Positions 22,270 to 35,100 of a DNA stretch of 64,000 nucleotides are shown here, piece after piece. The notes beneath the pieces were generated by a model that did not search any database, was not told the DNA's origin, and saw only the letters and a list, made by a program, of their open reading frames with translations. Numbering within the stretch: the first letter of the stretch is position 1; every line of letters begins with the position of its first letter. Origin of the DNA: Phyllobates terribilis (Eukaryota); NCBI RefSeq assembly GCF_046119375.1, contig NW_027362916.1:186001-250000 (forward strand). The letters are read 5' to 3'. Made by a program: the position numbers and the translations under genes.

Positions 22270-23605
22270 TGTTACGTAAGAGGCATAATGGGGGCATTAC
22301 ACTGTGTGGGGGCATCATACATACTACATAAGGGACATAATGGGACATAACACTGTGTGGGCATCATACATCCTGCATAAGGGGCATAATGGGGGCATTA
22401 CACTGTGGGGCATCATACATACTGCATAAGGGACATAATGGGGGCATTACACTGTGTGGGGGCATCATACATCCCGCATAAGGGGCATAATGGGGGCATT
22501 ACACTGTGGGGGGACATCATACATACTGCATAAGGGGCATAATGGGGGCATTACACTGTGTGGGGGCATCATACATCCTGCATAAGGGGCATAATGGGGG
22601 CATTACACTGTGGGGGGCATCATACATACTACATAAGGGGCATAACACTATGTGGGGGCATCATACGCACTGCATAAGGGGGGCATTACACTGTGTGGGG
22701 CCATCATACATACTGCATAAGGGGCATAATGGGGGCATTACACTGTGTGGGGCATCATACATCCTGCATAAGGGGCATAATGGGGGCATTACACTGTGGG
22801 GGGCATCATACATACTGCATAAGGGGCATAAAGGGGGCATTACACTGTGTGGGGGCATCATACATACTGCATAAGGGCATTACACTGTTTGGGGGCATCA
22901 TACATACTGCATAAGGGGCATAATTTCGGCATTACACTGTGGGGGCATCATACATACTACATAAGGGGCATCATACATACAGCATAAGGGGCATAATGGG
23001 GGCATCATACATAATGCATAAGAGGCATAATGGGGGCATTACACTGTGAGGGCATCATACATACTGCATAAGGGGCATAATGGGGGCATCATACATACTG
23101 CATAAGGGGCATAATGGGGGCATTACACTGTGTGGGGGCATCATACATACTGCATAAGGGGCATAATGGGGGCATTAGACTGTGTGGGGGCATCATACAT
23201 ACTGTATAAGGGGCATAATGGGGGCATTACACTGTGGGGGCATCATACATACTGCATAAGGGGCTTAATGGGGGCATTACACTGTGGGGCATCATACATA
23301 CTGTATAAAGGGCATAATGGGGGCACTACACTGTGGGGGCATCATACATACTGCATGAGGGGAATAATGGGGGCATTATACTGTGGGGCATCATACATAC
23401 TGTATAAGGGGCATTACACTGTGGGGGCATCATACATACTACATAAGGGGCATAATGGGGGCATTACACTGTGTGGGGGCATCATACATCCTGCATAAGG
23501 GGCATTACACTGTGGGGGGCATCATACATACTGCATAAGGGGCATTACACTGTGGGGGCATCATACATCCTGTATAAGGGGCATAATGGGGCATTACACT
23601 GTGGG
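22270..23605. repeat. About 50-52-bp minisatellite in the putative first intron of copy 1
   Basis: Unit GGGGCATAATGGGGGCATTACACTGTGTGGGGGCATCATACATACTGCATAA, about 26 variant copies. Confidence 0.92.
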
Positions 23606-23801
23606 GTCAGTAAAGGGGTCCTGTACTATGAGAACAATACGTTTCCTCCCTTCCTGTCTCTATAGTTGGGTCGTATGTATCTATTACAGGAAACAGAACA
23701 AAAACCTTATGATTCTTATAAAGGGGCAACACAAGACCCCAAAAGAGTCTCCGTGCTAAAGGGGTTAATGCCCCCTGCGCCCAGTAATGGGGTCTCCACA
23801 T

Positions 23802-24001
23802 ACCTCCACCTGCAGAGCCGCCACCACATATATGGCTGCTCTGTGCGCACAGGAGCTGTGATGAGGTCACAGGAGGGGAGGAGTCAGGGGTCACATGATC
23901 AGGGGCCTCAGTGGATGCAGGACTCTGCTGTGCTGGTTGTCATGGTGCTGGATGAGCTGAAGTTTATGTGTGGGGTCAGGAGGGGTTTACAGTGTGGATG
24001 T
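23802..24001 (-). promoter_or_regulatory. Putative first exon / promoter of ZNF copy 1
   Basis: Near-identical block in all three paralogues, always between the CpG VNTR and a GAG|GTATGT donor (GT at 23803-23802) oriented toward coding exon A about 5 kb away. Confidence 0.55.
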
Positions 24002-25093
24002 AGCAGAGCCGCGTGTGTACGAGGTGTACGGAGCAGAGCCGTGTGTGTACAAGGTGTACGGAGCGGAGCCGCGTGTGTACGAGGTGTACGGAGCGGAGCC
24101 GCGTGTGTACGAGGTGTACGGAGCAGAGCCGTGTGTGTACGAGGTGTACGGAGCGGAGCCGCGTGTGTACGAGGTGTACGAAGCGGAGCCGCGCGTGTAC
24201 GAGTCGTGCGGAGCCGCGCGTGTACGAGGTGTACGGAGCGGAGCCGCGCGTGTACGAGGTGTACGGAGCAGAGCCGCGTGTGTACGAGGTGTATGGAGCG
24301 GAGCCGAGCGTGTACGAGGTGTATGGAGCGGAGCCGTGTGTGTACGAGGTGTACGGAGCCGAGCCGCGCGTGTCCGAGGTGTACGGAGCAGAGCCGCGCG
24401 TGTACGGAGTGGAGCCGCGCGTGTACGAGGTGTACTGAGCGGAGCCGCGCGTGTACGAGGTGTACGGAGCGGAGCCGCGTGTGTACGAGGTGTACGGAGC
24501 GGAGCCGCGTGTGTACGAGGTGTACGGAGCGGAGCCGCGTGTGTACGAGGTGTATGGAGCAGAGCCGCGTGTGTACGAGGTGTACTGAGCAGAGCCGCGT
24601 GTGTACCAGGTGTACGGAGCGGAGCCGCGTGTGTACGAGGTGTACGGAGCGGAGCCGCGTGTGTACGAGGTGTACGGAGTGGAGCCGCGTGTGTACGAGG
24701 TGTACGGAGCGGAGCCGCGTGTGTACGAGGTGTACGGAACGGAGCCGCGTGTGTACGAGGTGTACGGAGCGGAGCCGCGTGTGTACGAGGTGTACGGAGC
24801 GGAGCCGTGTGTGTACGAGGTGTACTCGAGCTGTGTGTGTACGAGGTGTACGGAGCGGAGCCGCGTGTGTACGAGGTGTACGGAGCGGAGCCGTGTGTAC
24901 GAGGTGTACAGAGCGGAGCCGCGTGTGTACGAGGTGTACGGAGCGGAGCCGTGTGTACGAGGTGTACTCGAGCTGTGTGTGTACGAGGTGGACGGAGAGG
25001 AGCCGCGTATGTACAGAGCGGAGCCGTTTGTGTACGACTTGTACGGAGCGGAGCCGCGTGTATACGAGGTGTACGCAGCGGAGCTGTGTGTGT
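24002..25093. repeat. CpG-rich 30-bp VNTR (about 36 units) upstream of copy 1
   Basis: Unit GAGCGGAGCCGCGTGTGTACGAGGTGTACG, 5 CpG per unit. Confidence 0.97.
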
Positions 25094-25096
25094 ATG

Positions 25097-25354
25097 AGGG
25101 CTACCTCTTGAAGCTCATCAAGAGAATGCCAAGAGTGTGCAAAGCAGTCATCAAAGCAAAAGGTGGCTACTTTGAAGAACCTAGAATATAAGACATATTT
25201 TCAGTTGTTTCACACTTTTTTGTTAAGTATATCATTCCACATGTGTTAATTCATAGTTTTGATGCCTTCAGTGTGAATGTACAATTTTCATAGTCAAGAA
25301 AATGCAGAAAAATCTTTAAATGAGAAGGTGTGTTCATACTTTTGGTCTGTACTG
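25097..25354 (+). mobile_element. 3' end fragment of a Tc1 element
   Basis: YLLKLIKRMPRVCKAVIKAKGGYFEE..I* is a Tc1 C-terminus, followed by a TIR ending TTTTGGTCTGTACTG and TA (25355-56). Confidence 0.8.
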
Positions 25355-26179
25355 TATATCACTTGTTTTTCATGTAGTTTTACATATACACGTACATCTG
25401 ACCCCTCTTTAACAACACATGGATAGAAATAAAGGCAGAAGGGATTGTAGGTCTGATCAACAAGCTTAATCTGAATGGATACACAGCAGGACTGGTATCC
25501 CATGATATACAATGGATTAGCCTTGTATTTTGTGGAGTAGGGTTATCTTGCAGACCTAAGTGGCAGGTAGGGAAAGGAATGAGGGACAGATAGACAAGAT
25601 GATAAAAGAGGGGAGTTGTTAAAGAAATGGTTAATCTCTTGTGATAAAATGGAGACAATATTCAGTTCTTGTTTTTCTAGAATATTCTAAGAGAATGACG
25701 TTTCTACATATTAAAGAATTTGCCTGTAATTATCATGTTTCCAAGTCTGTCCAAGTGACAAGAAACATCATTCCTTTTCTCAGAAATACCAATTCTAGGA
25801 AAATACTCCATAAATGTACTAACAATAACATTTCCCGGATTCATCCCAAGAACAAGTGGTTAGCCGAGGTTGACAGTTTCACACAGTTTTTGACTGTGAC
25901 AAAGGATATCGCCCACACCGTCCATCATAGTAAACTGATAATGGTTTGACAAGTAATTATTTTGACCCAAATGTCTGCTAAGTACCATATGTCGTTTTGT
26001 GTAATCTTACCTCTTACAAAAATACAATAAAAAATTAGCATGTCTAGTAATAATCAGAGATTCTTTTGAGACAAACCTGTGAGTTCTGTCTTATTCGAAC
26101 CTTCACAGCTGAGATCTCTAGCTATCCAGAATCTACGTCCCAGTCTCTGACAGTGCAGAGTAAAAAAAAAGCTTTTTTT

Positions 26180-29100
26180 TTCAGTTGCTAACGTGATTCA
26201 CCACGCCATATCTCACCTTGTTATTTTTTACCGCTGAATTGCAGCTGTGTGCTGAGCTGGTGCAGAGTAAAAAAATCTATTTTTTTTATTGCTAATAGCG
26301 TGCCACTACCACACTATTTGAGCTACATGAGTTGGAAAAAGTGAGGTCATGGTGGAAGGGGGAATAGGCTTGGTGTTCAAGGTATAAGTGGGGTAGGTGG
26401 TAATGTTAGTGAAAGCACTAGTGAACCAACACCATCACGTCTTATCCAAACACAACTGACAACTTCTGTTACTGGACAGGCTACTCCACTCCCTTTCTTT
26501 GGCAGCCGCACAGTGGTATGCCTTGTTGATGAGGGCCAAAAAGAGCATGTGCTCCAGTCGATGGCAAGCGCTGCTATAAGTGGCCTCTCCTCTTCTTCCT
26601 CTACCTCAACATCACACACAGTACAGTCCACGGAGGTGGCACCCCAATTACCCTTGCTTCCCCCCGCATCACAACTCTCCAACCACCCAGCTGACTGTAG
26701 GGGAACCACAGATGGGTGAGTCTGCAGAGCTGTTCACATATGCTATGCCATGGGCATCAGAACTGTACTCCAAAGATTCACAGAGTCAAGAGGAGGAAAT
26801 CATCAACACCGATGCCCAAATTTTTTTAGGTTCGACCCGGGGCAGGATGAAGTGGGGTCAAGAAGCATTCTGACCCTCGTCCCTAGACGTTAACCCCTGG
26901 GGGGGGTGATCCTGTTGAGACTCAGATACCTGAGGCTCACGAGGACTGTACTGTGCTGTCCAGGAAGAGGAAGAGGGTGACTCTCTGGGCGAGGAATGGG
27001 ATAACACGGAGGATGATGATGAGGTTGTAGTTTCCACTTGGTGTGAACCCAGAGGTATACAGCTGAGTAGGTCATCTGAGGATTTGGAAGACAAGGAGGT
27101 TACGTTGCGCCCTACGGCGCAGACATGGAATGATGCAACTACGACGAGCACTGCATCCTTATGGGCCAACTCACGTTATCTGGCAACTTTGCAAAAAAAA
27201 CTCAGTGGAGGGAAAAAGTGCAATAATTTGACTATTACATGCATGAACCTTCACATGCACAATCAACATGCATTACTCTGGCAATCTCACTGTGATAAAA
27301 TGCAAACCAGCGGATCTCAACAACTGTCAGCAACCCCATCAACCGCATTTGCTGCCTTCTTCCTTGTCCTTTGTTACCGTGCCAAGGATTGTCACGCAGG
27401 TCTCCGACCGCAGAACTTCCGGTTCTTTACCCCCTCCATTCAGGCTGAGTGAGAACCCGGCAGCTGTAACGGAAGCCTGCTGTTTTTAACTGATCTCAGA
27501 GAACGAGCACACCACAACTTTCTCAATCCACCATAACATCTCCACCTGCACCTCACTCACGGTCCAGTAGTTTGTCCGGTTCACCGTATTCCGCCCTCAC
27601 TCAGCACTGCAGCCAGCTTTTGGTCCCGCAGTTGTGGTCACGCAAAAGATGGTTTCCTCCTACACATGACAAAGCTAAGAAGTTGAACTCCACCATCTCC
27701 AATCTGTTGGCCACGGAAATGCTACCTTTCCGCCTCGTAGATACAGATGGTTTCCGAAAGCTCATGGCTGTTGCAGTCCCAAAGAACAAGTTGCGCAGTC
27801 GCCATTACTTTTCTAAGAAAGCTGTGCCTGAGCTACACCAGCATGTCGCAGACAACATCACCCGTTCCTTGACTAAATCTATGTCTGACAGGGTGCATTT
27901 CACCACAGACACCTGGATGAGTAAGCATGGCCAGGGACGTTACATATTGCTGACTGGGCACTGGGTGTCTCTGGTGGCTGTGGGGGCAAGCAGGGAAGGG
28001 GCTACTTAGAATCCCCAAGGCTTGCATGACAAACCTGTGTATTTCACACTTCCTCCACTGCTTCTGCCTCCTCTAGGGCCTCCACCTGCGCACTCAACCT
28101 CTGCCTTAATGAGATACGCGTTTCAACTGTGCTGAGCGAATTACCACCAACTCCGTAGTGTTCAGCCAGGGCTCATCGCAATTAGGCAGTGTTAAAATTA
28201 TTATGCCTTAGAGATTGCAGTCACACAGCTGAAGAGTTGTGGACTGCTTTCCAGGCTGAGTTTGAGCAATGGCTGTCTCTGCTGAAGGCCGTGTGCGATA
28301 ATGGTGCAAACCTGGTGGCGGCCATACGCCGAGGCATGCTCACATATGTGCCTTACATCCTCAACCTGGTGGCACACAAATTTCTCAGGCAGTATATCGG
28401 CCTGGATGAGCTGCTGCAGAAAGCACGGAAGCTGTGCGCTCACTTCTGCTATTCGCACCTCTCAGGTCATTGACTTGCATCGATACAGAGGTCTTTGTCC
28501 ATGCCAGTTAACAGGTTGATATGCGATATGCCGACACGGTGGAATTCCACTCTACACATGTTGCAGCGACTGTGGCAGAAGCAACGAGCCCTGACGCAGT
28601 ATGACCTGGCAGTATGAACTGGGGCATATGACGTTTACGGAGTGGGCACAGATTAAGGATCTCTGCACCCTTCTGCACAGTTTCGAAATGGCTACTAAGA
28701 TGGTTAGCTCTGACGATGCCATTATCAGCATCAATATTCCAGTCATCTACATGATGGAGCAGACTTTGAATAGCCTGGGAGGTGGTGGTCCCAGATGAAG
28801 AGGAGGATGAGGAAGGGATAAGAATGTCTCAAAGGTCCAGACTGTTGTTACACAGGCGTGTGCTGAGGGAGGTTGGATTACTGCAATTGAGGGGGGCTGG
28901 TGATACCCAACAAACTGTTTGTGAAGGTGCAAGAGCCGAGGAACAAATGGAGGAGGAAGAGGTGATGGGTTAGCAACAGTCAGGAAATTAAAAGGATAAT
29001 CATCCCTTCTCTGTTGTTTGTGGTTGCCAGGAGGGGACGGAGGAAACAAGCATCAGTGTTACCCAGCCACCAACACAGCATTGGCTTGGACCTCATGGAA

Positions 29101-29770
29101 GCGCCCGACATATGAGTGCCTTCTTGCTGCACTATCTGCAACATGATCCTCGTATAGTTTGGATTCAAAATAGTGCTGACTATTGGGTTGCCACTCTGCC
29201 AGATCCACGGTATGAGAGTAAATTTTGCCACCCTGGAAAGGGACCAGCGAATGCTGGAGTATCGAAACAAGCTTTTACACAACCTTAAGAGAGGTTTTCC
29301 CCAAGACAGCAGTGATGCACGTCAATTCATCAATGCCAAAGCATTAGCAGCAGCCCAGTGTAAGTGGCAGAAGCAATTTCTGTGAGTCCTTTGACACATT
29401 TTTTACATCAGCTCGTGCACCAGCACAACAGAGTACAAGTCTAACACGTGGTGAACAACTGCAGAGGATGTTGCATGCAAGAGTATATAGAGCTCCATAT
29501 CAATACCATCAGGGAGGGTTTGGACCCTTTTACATCTTCAAAAATGGATGAGTGGCCTGAGCTCACCAATCACCACTTGGAGGTTTTATCATGTCCGGCA
29601 GCCAGCGTTCTCTCAGAACGTGTCTTTAGTACTGCTGGTGGTGTCCTGACGGATAAGAGCAACCGGCTGTCCCCTGAAAGTGTAGACAACCGAACTTTCA
29701 TCAAGATGAACAAGTCATGGATCTCCAAGGACTTTTGCACCCCAATCGCAGAATGTAGAGACTAGGTGAT
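26180..29770 (+). mobile_element. Decayed hAT/ZBED-like transposase
   Basis: BED-like segment at about 27130-27300; EMLPFRLVDT..HFTTDTW (27572-28009); VCDNGANLVAA (28189-28473); hAT dimerisation motif WPEL..VLSCPAASVLSERVFSTAG..FIKMN (29448-29765). Many stops and frameshifts; ends not defined. Confidence 0.88.
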
Positions 29771-30467
29771 GTTCTAGATTTTAGTATGCTGCATTGATCT
29801 CACGTAATTGCAATCTGTGAGATCTTTAGCATGGCTTCTGGGCCTGCTATTGCTGCAGATATTAATAATTAATAAGCATGAAGAGGGAGGGCGCACTCCG
29901 AGGGCGCGCTCGGGAATAAAGGCAGGAGGGATAAGAGGGAAAGCCCAATGGTATGTATCATGTAGCTTTGCCTACTGATCAGATGTTAATCACAATGTCA
30001 TAGATCTCGTATCATATATTATTCTGCTCATGGACTTTTATGACATATTAATGTCAACAATGACATCATAGATTTTATATGTCCCTTAGATTGTCATATG
30101 CTGTGAGGTAAAATTATTTACATCTATTTGTCCTTTATTTCTATATTTAGCTGCCATCATTCTAGGTCTTATATATCCCTGGCGCAGGGATGCTTTGTAT
30201 AACTAGTTTTAGATGTTTTTACTTTGTGTGTTACTCTTTGCGCTATATAATAAAATATACATTTACTTATGTTTGATAATTACATGGTAGGTGTGCACAT
30301 CCTTGTGTGGTGCTGTTCTCTTACTTACCTCGTTGCTGCAGATGTTAACACTAATTTTTGGAAATGTGAACACTCCTGGTTGGGTCTCCATCTGCTGGGT
30401 TGGCTGTAGTGGAAGAGGTGTCGGTCCCAATTATACTATATCTACTCTAGCGAAATTGATGCCACTT

Positions 30468-30665
30468 TAGTGATGTCTGCCCCTAATTTGATCGGTTTTG
30501 GTAGCTTTTGGGCCCGTTTGAAGGTGTTGTGTATTCGTTTGGTATTACCTCCCATTGAATCCAATGGGGTTTGGAAATGTTTGATGAATGTTCAACTATT
30601 TAAATCGGCGTCTATTGCAAATTCTACGATCATAAACCGAACATTGAAATGTTCACTCATCTCTA
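30468..30665. mobile_element. Small hAT-type MITE or terminal remnant
   Basis: Ends TAGTGATG...CATCTCTA. No matching TSD seen. Confidence 0.45.
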
Positions 30666-31660
30666 CTCATGATGATTTGACAAAACTATGTTTGGTTTAA
30701 TTTTTTCCTCCTGTGAGGGGTCGTAGTACCTAGGATCATATAGGGATAATCAGGGTGAAACGACTGTAAGCAGGGGTACCACAACTTGTGCGCTTGATTT
30801 AGGGTGCCAACCTCTGTGGTAAGGAAGAGTAAATAATGAGGGATAACTAACAGGGAAAGAATTGAGGCTCCATTCCCCTCCCCCTACCTGCCTTTAACCC
30901 CTGATTTAATTTATATGGCCTAGGAATTATATACATTTTTTTTTTTCATTTCTAAAGTGACAATGTGTAAAATTTGCCTGATTGGGAAAATGAGTAGTAG
31001 TTCCTTTTTAATGAGGTATAAATATAGTATCTACATTTTAATGGATGAGATTTTTCTTCATGAAACATATTTAAATACACACACAGCTCGGCTACATATG
31101 CACAGTTACATACACACAGCTCTACTACATATGCATTACCCCATTTTGCAGTTCCATCCAGGTCGTGTGATTAATTACATGATCTGAAACGTCCTTGAGC
31201 TAGTCAGGTGGTAGGTCCTTCATCTGCTAACTCAGGACGTGCAACCTCTGCGCAGGTCCTGGTACCTTTCTCTCCTGCTCTTCACCAATTAGTTACATAA
31301 GTGTCGGGCTGGAGGAGAGAGCAGTTCTCTCAGTGTTCAGGAAGGACACTGTCTCATTGTTCTCCTCTGTCACAGGAAGCTGCCTCCAGTCTATAAGATG
31401 CACTCACTTATTAGCAAGATCTTTTCTTGCTAAAATTGTCTTATAGTCCAAATCATACAGTAAGTTCTCAAGTAGTTTTCCTTTCTCATTTAATTATACA
31501 ACTGTCTGTTATGTTTTTGTACAATTTGTCAATAACATACATAGTTTCTTTTCATCTGAGTTATTTTTCATGGTGAACAAAAAACGATTTTCCGGTAATT
31601 TATTTTTCACACTCTAGGTGTGATAATGGCTTCTCTCTGTGTGGGATTTTTGACTTTTAA

Positions 31661-32045
31661 AGGGGGTTGTCCAGTACTAGGACAATCCCTTCTCATTCCT
31701 CATGTTTGATCCTGTTAAAATAATAACAATTATACAAACCTCCCATGCCAGCGTAGTTCCAGCTGTGTCGGTACTTGCATTCCCAGGCCTTATGTGAGGT
31801 TTTTATGTCAAATGAGCCCTGCTGGTCTCACTGTCCCCACCTTTAGACAACTCAAACAATAAGAGGAAGTCAAAGAGCAGCCGCAGCCCTGGCTTCCTGA
31901 TGATGTTCAACACTCCCGAAGACAGGGACATCAAAGCCGGGGCCGATTGGGCACAGGGCTCGTGTGATGTACAACCTCATATGAGCACCGTGAACTCAAC
32001 ACACTGCTGAAACGGCATTGGCATGGAAGTAGGAGTGAGTATGAA
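31661..32045. mobile_element. Truncated T2/Kolobok-like MITE abutting the end of the finger array
   Basis: TTAA-AGGGGGTTGTCC left end with internal inverted segments. The right end is missing where finger-like sequence starts. Confidence 0.55.
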
Positions 32046-32154
32046 TGTTTTTATTAAAACATTTTCAACATTCTGAACATGAAAAAGGCTTTTCCCCTCT
32101 GTGAGTTCTCTGATGTTTATTAAGAGTTGATTTCTGTGTAAAACATTTTCCACA

Positions 32155-35100
32155 TTAAGAACATGAAAAGGGCTTGTCCCCTGTGTGGGTTCTCTGATGT
32201 TTGTTTAGACTTGATTTCACTGAAAAACATTTCCCACATTCTGAACATGAAAAAGGCTTCTCTCCTGTGTGAGTCCTCTGATGTTTAAGAAAATCTGATT
32301 TATGGCTAAAATATTTCCCACATTCTGAACATGAAAAAAGCCTCTCACCTGTGTGGATTCTCTGGTGCTCAACAAAATCTGATCTATAGCTAAAACAGTT
32401 TCCACATTCTGAACAGGAAAATGGTCTCTCCCCTGTGTGGGTTCTCTGATGTCTGATAAAACTTGATTTCTCTGCAAAACATTTTTCACATTGTGAACAG
32501 GAAAAAGGCTTCGCCCCTGTGTGAGTTCTCTGATGTTTGATAAAACTTGATTTCACTGCAAAACATTTCCCACATTCTGAACATGAAAAAGGCTTCTCTC
32601 CTGTGTGAGTCCTCTGATGCTTAAGAAAGTCTGATTTATGGATAAAACATTTCCCACATTCTGAACATGAAAAAGGCCTCTCACCTGTGTGGATTCTCTG
32701 GTGCTCAACAAAATCTGATCTATGGCTAAAACATTTCCCACATTCTGAACAAGAAAACGGTCTCTCCCCTGTGTGAGTTCTCTGATGTCTGATAAAATTT
32801 GATTTCTCTGTAAAACATTTTCCACATTCTGAACATAAAAAAGGCTTCTCCCCTGTGTGAGTTCGCTGGTGCTTAACCAAATGCGATTTCTGGTTAAAAC
32901 ATTTTCCACATTCTGAACATGGAAACGGTTTCTCCCCTGTGTGAGTTCTCTGGTGCTCAACAAGAACCGATTTACGGTTAAAGCATTTCCCACATTCTGA
33001 ACAGGAAAACTGTTTCTCCCCTGTGTGGGTTCTATGGTGTCTGATAAACTTTGATTTTTCTGTAAAACATTTCCCACATTCTGAACATGAAAAGGGCTTC
33101 TTCTCAGTGTGAGTTCTCTGGTGACTAACAAGGTATGATTTCTGGTTAAAACATTTCTCGCACTTGAAACAAGAAAATCTATTCTCTGCTGTTTGAATTT
33201 TTTGATGTTTAAGAAAATACTTTTTGAGGGGAAAACTATGTGCAACTGGCTTCTTTGCTTTAGGAGCAGTTCGTTTTTTAATGCTCATTTTGTGATTTTG
33301 ATCTTCCTTAGTAGCCGGTAATGAATCAGAAGACAGGACCTGTTTCAAAGGATCAGATGACAGATCTGTGCTGTGAAGGGATGATGGTATATCTGGAGTA
33401 ATGGCCTTCACTTCAATTATATCCTGTGGAATCTCAAGATCATCTGATTTAAAAATTGAAGATGTCAGCTGTCCCTCTGATCTCCTGGTACCGTCATCTG
33501 CCAAGAATAAAACCAGTTATTATTTTTAAATAAAATATCTTTGAATTTATATATTTTTGTACATTTGTACTTAAAATGTCTGCAGAAATGGCCAGTTATG
33601 TAAGCTATTGAATTATTCACCAAGACAATGACAGTTAACAGTCTAATAGAAAACCTCATAGGATGAACCAGTAGAGTGTGGTGTTCAACTCTTTGTTTAT
33701 TCTGCCTCCCAAAAATGGAATAGAAACAACAAACAATGTTATGTAGGTGAAAATAATATCAATGAAAACTTCTACTCATCTTGCAAAAAACAAGTCCCTA
33801 TTAAGATCCATCATCTGTCAATGGAAAACAGAGTTTTCCTCATTATTAGTGGCTCCAAGGCTCTTGAGAATCAACATGGCTTCCATAAACCAATCCAGCA
33901 ATATCCACTCTCCCAAAGTCATATCTCCCCTCGCTTCTGAGCCTTGTAGCGTGCCCAAACCACATTTAGCATCCATGTATTTGGAATTACTATGGTGAGA
34001 AGATCCCACTGAATTTACGGGGTGTGTCTCCTGGAGCACAATCTTGGCACTATGTGTTGGGTAATAAAACGCCAAATGTGTAATTTTCACTCTCAAACAC
34101 CCAGTACGTGCTAATTTCAGGAAAGTGCCAGTGGAATCAAAATAGTCACTACTCCTATAGATTAATTCACTGAGGGTTATAATTTCCAAAATGGAGTCAC
34201 TATGGGGATTTCTACTGCTCTGGTTTTTAGCAATTTTGTCATATTAGGGCTTCTGCAAATGGAGTGTCCCATCTCATCTGGGTTCTGCTCCTGAGACGTC
34301 TGCTTCTCTCACCAGAAGCCGCATTATTTATTCTATCGGAGGCTCTGGTGATGGAGGAGACGTCAAAACCAAAAGCGTTGGGCATCACATGCTCTGTCCA
34401 GCCACTAAGATAAGGGTTGCTGGGACCAGTAGTATTGTCCAGTCCGGCAGAATGGGTGTATCCAGCTGGAGTAATCTGCTCCCTGCTTCAGCCAACTGGA
34501 AAGCATCACACCCTACTGTGAGTATAGACAATAACACATCTACTGAAATTATCAAACTCAACAGTCTTCATCAGTAAAAAATGAGTAATTAGTGGTGAAA
34601 CCTCTCTGGGGTAATTAGAGTATGGGGCTCGGTGGCTCTTGGAAATCGAAACTATCGTAAGGACCAATATTTTCTGTCAGATGAGTTTCATGAAGAAATA
34701 TTAAGCATTCAAAGAGAACTTTTTATAATAGTGCAGAGCTGAGGTGTCTTAAATTTAGATCTCGGGCATTGGGAAGATAAAGAATAAAAAAAATATGTTA
34801 CATCCCAAACAACAACATATGTATGAGGGGAGAACTCCATTACTAAACCAGAGTTGCACTCATTTATGGTGGACCATTGAAACTACTATGAGTCCTGACC
34901 AGAAGAGTAGAGAAAGTATTAGTGCCCCCATTTCAGGAGAGATTGTGCAGTAATCTGAATTCCTGAGGATTGAAAACATAATGGAATTTATGACGTGGAG
35001 TGAATCCATGAAACCAGGGCTCGAGCCATGCCAACACATCTCCTGCAGGCGTGAATAAATGTATATTACAGCCATCAGCCACGCACAGCTTAGAGATATA

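Noticed and set aside
22506-23665. ORFs in the 50-bp minisatellite (similar ones at 21003-21731 and 40354-41745)
   Set aside because: Repetitive translations with no domain content.
20591-25093. Regular repeat arrays superficially like CRISPR
   Set aside because: Head-to-tail units without unique spacers, vertebrate context and no cas genes.
23666-25191. Long ORFs (481, 375, 196 aa) across the 30-bp array, one running into a Tc1 C-terminus
   Set aside because: The repeat unit lacks stops in several frames, so the products are low-complexity translations. The Tc1 tail is a chance in-frame junction.
29877-29915. Hammerhead-like ATGAAGA-G-GGAG(loop)CTCC-GAGGGCGCGCTC
   Set aside because: Core positions C3/U4 and GAAA are mutated; at most a dead relic.
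32217-33245. Alternative-frame ORFs over the finger exon
   Set aside because: Shadow frames of the periodic C2H2 array.
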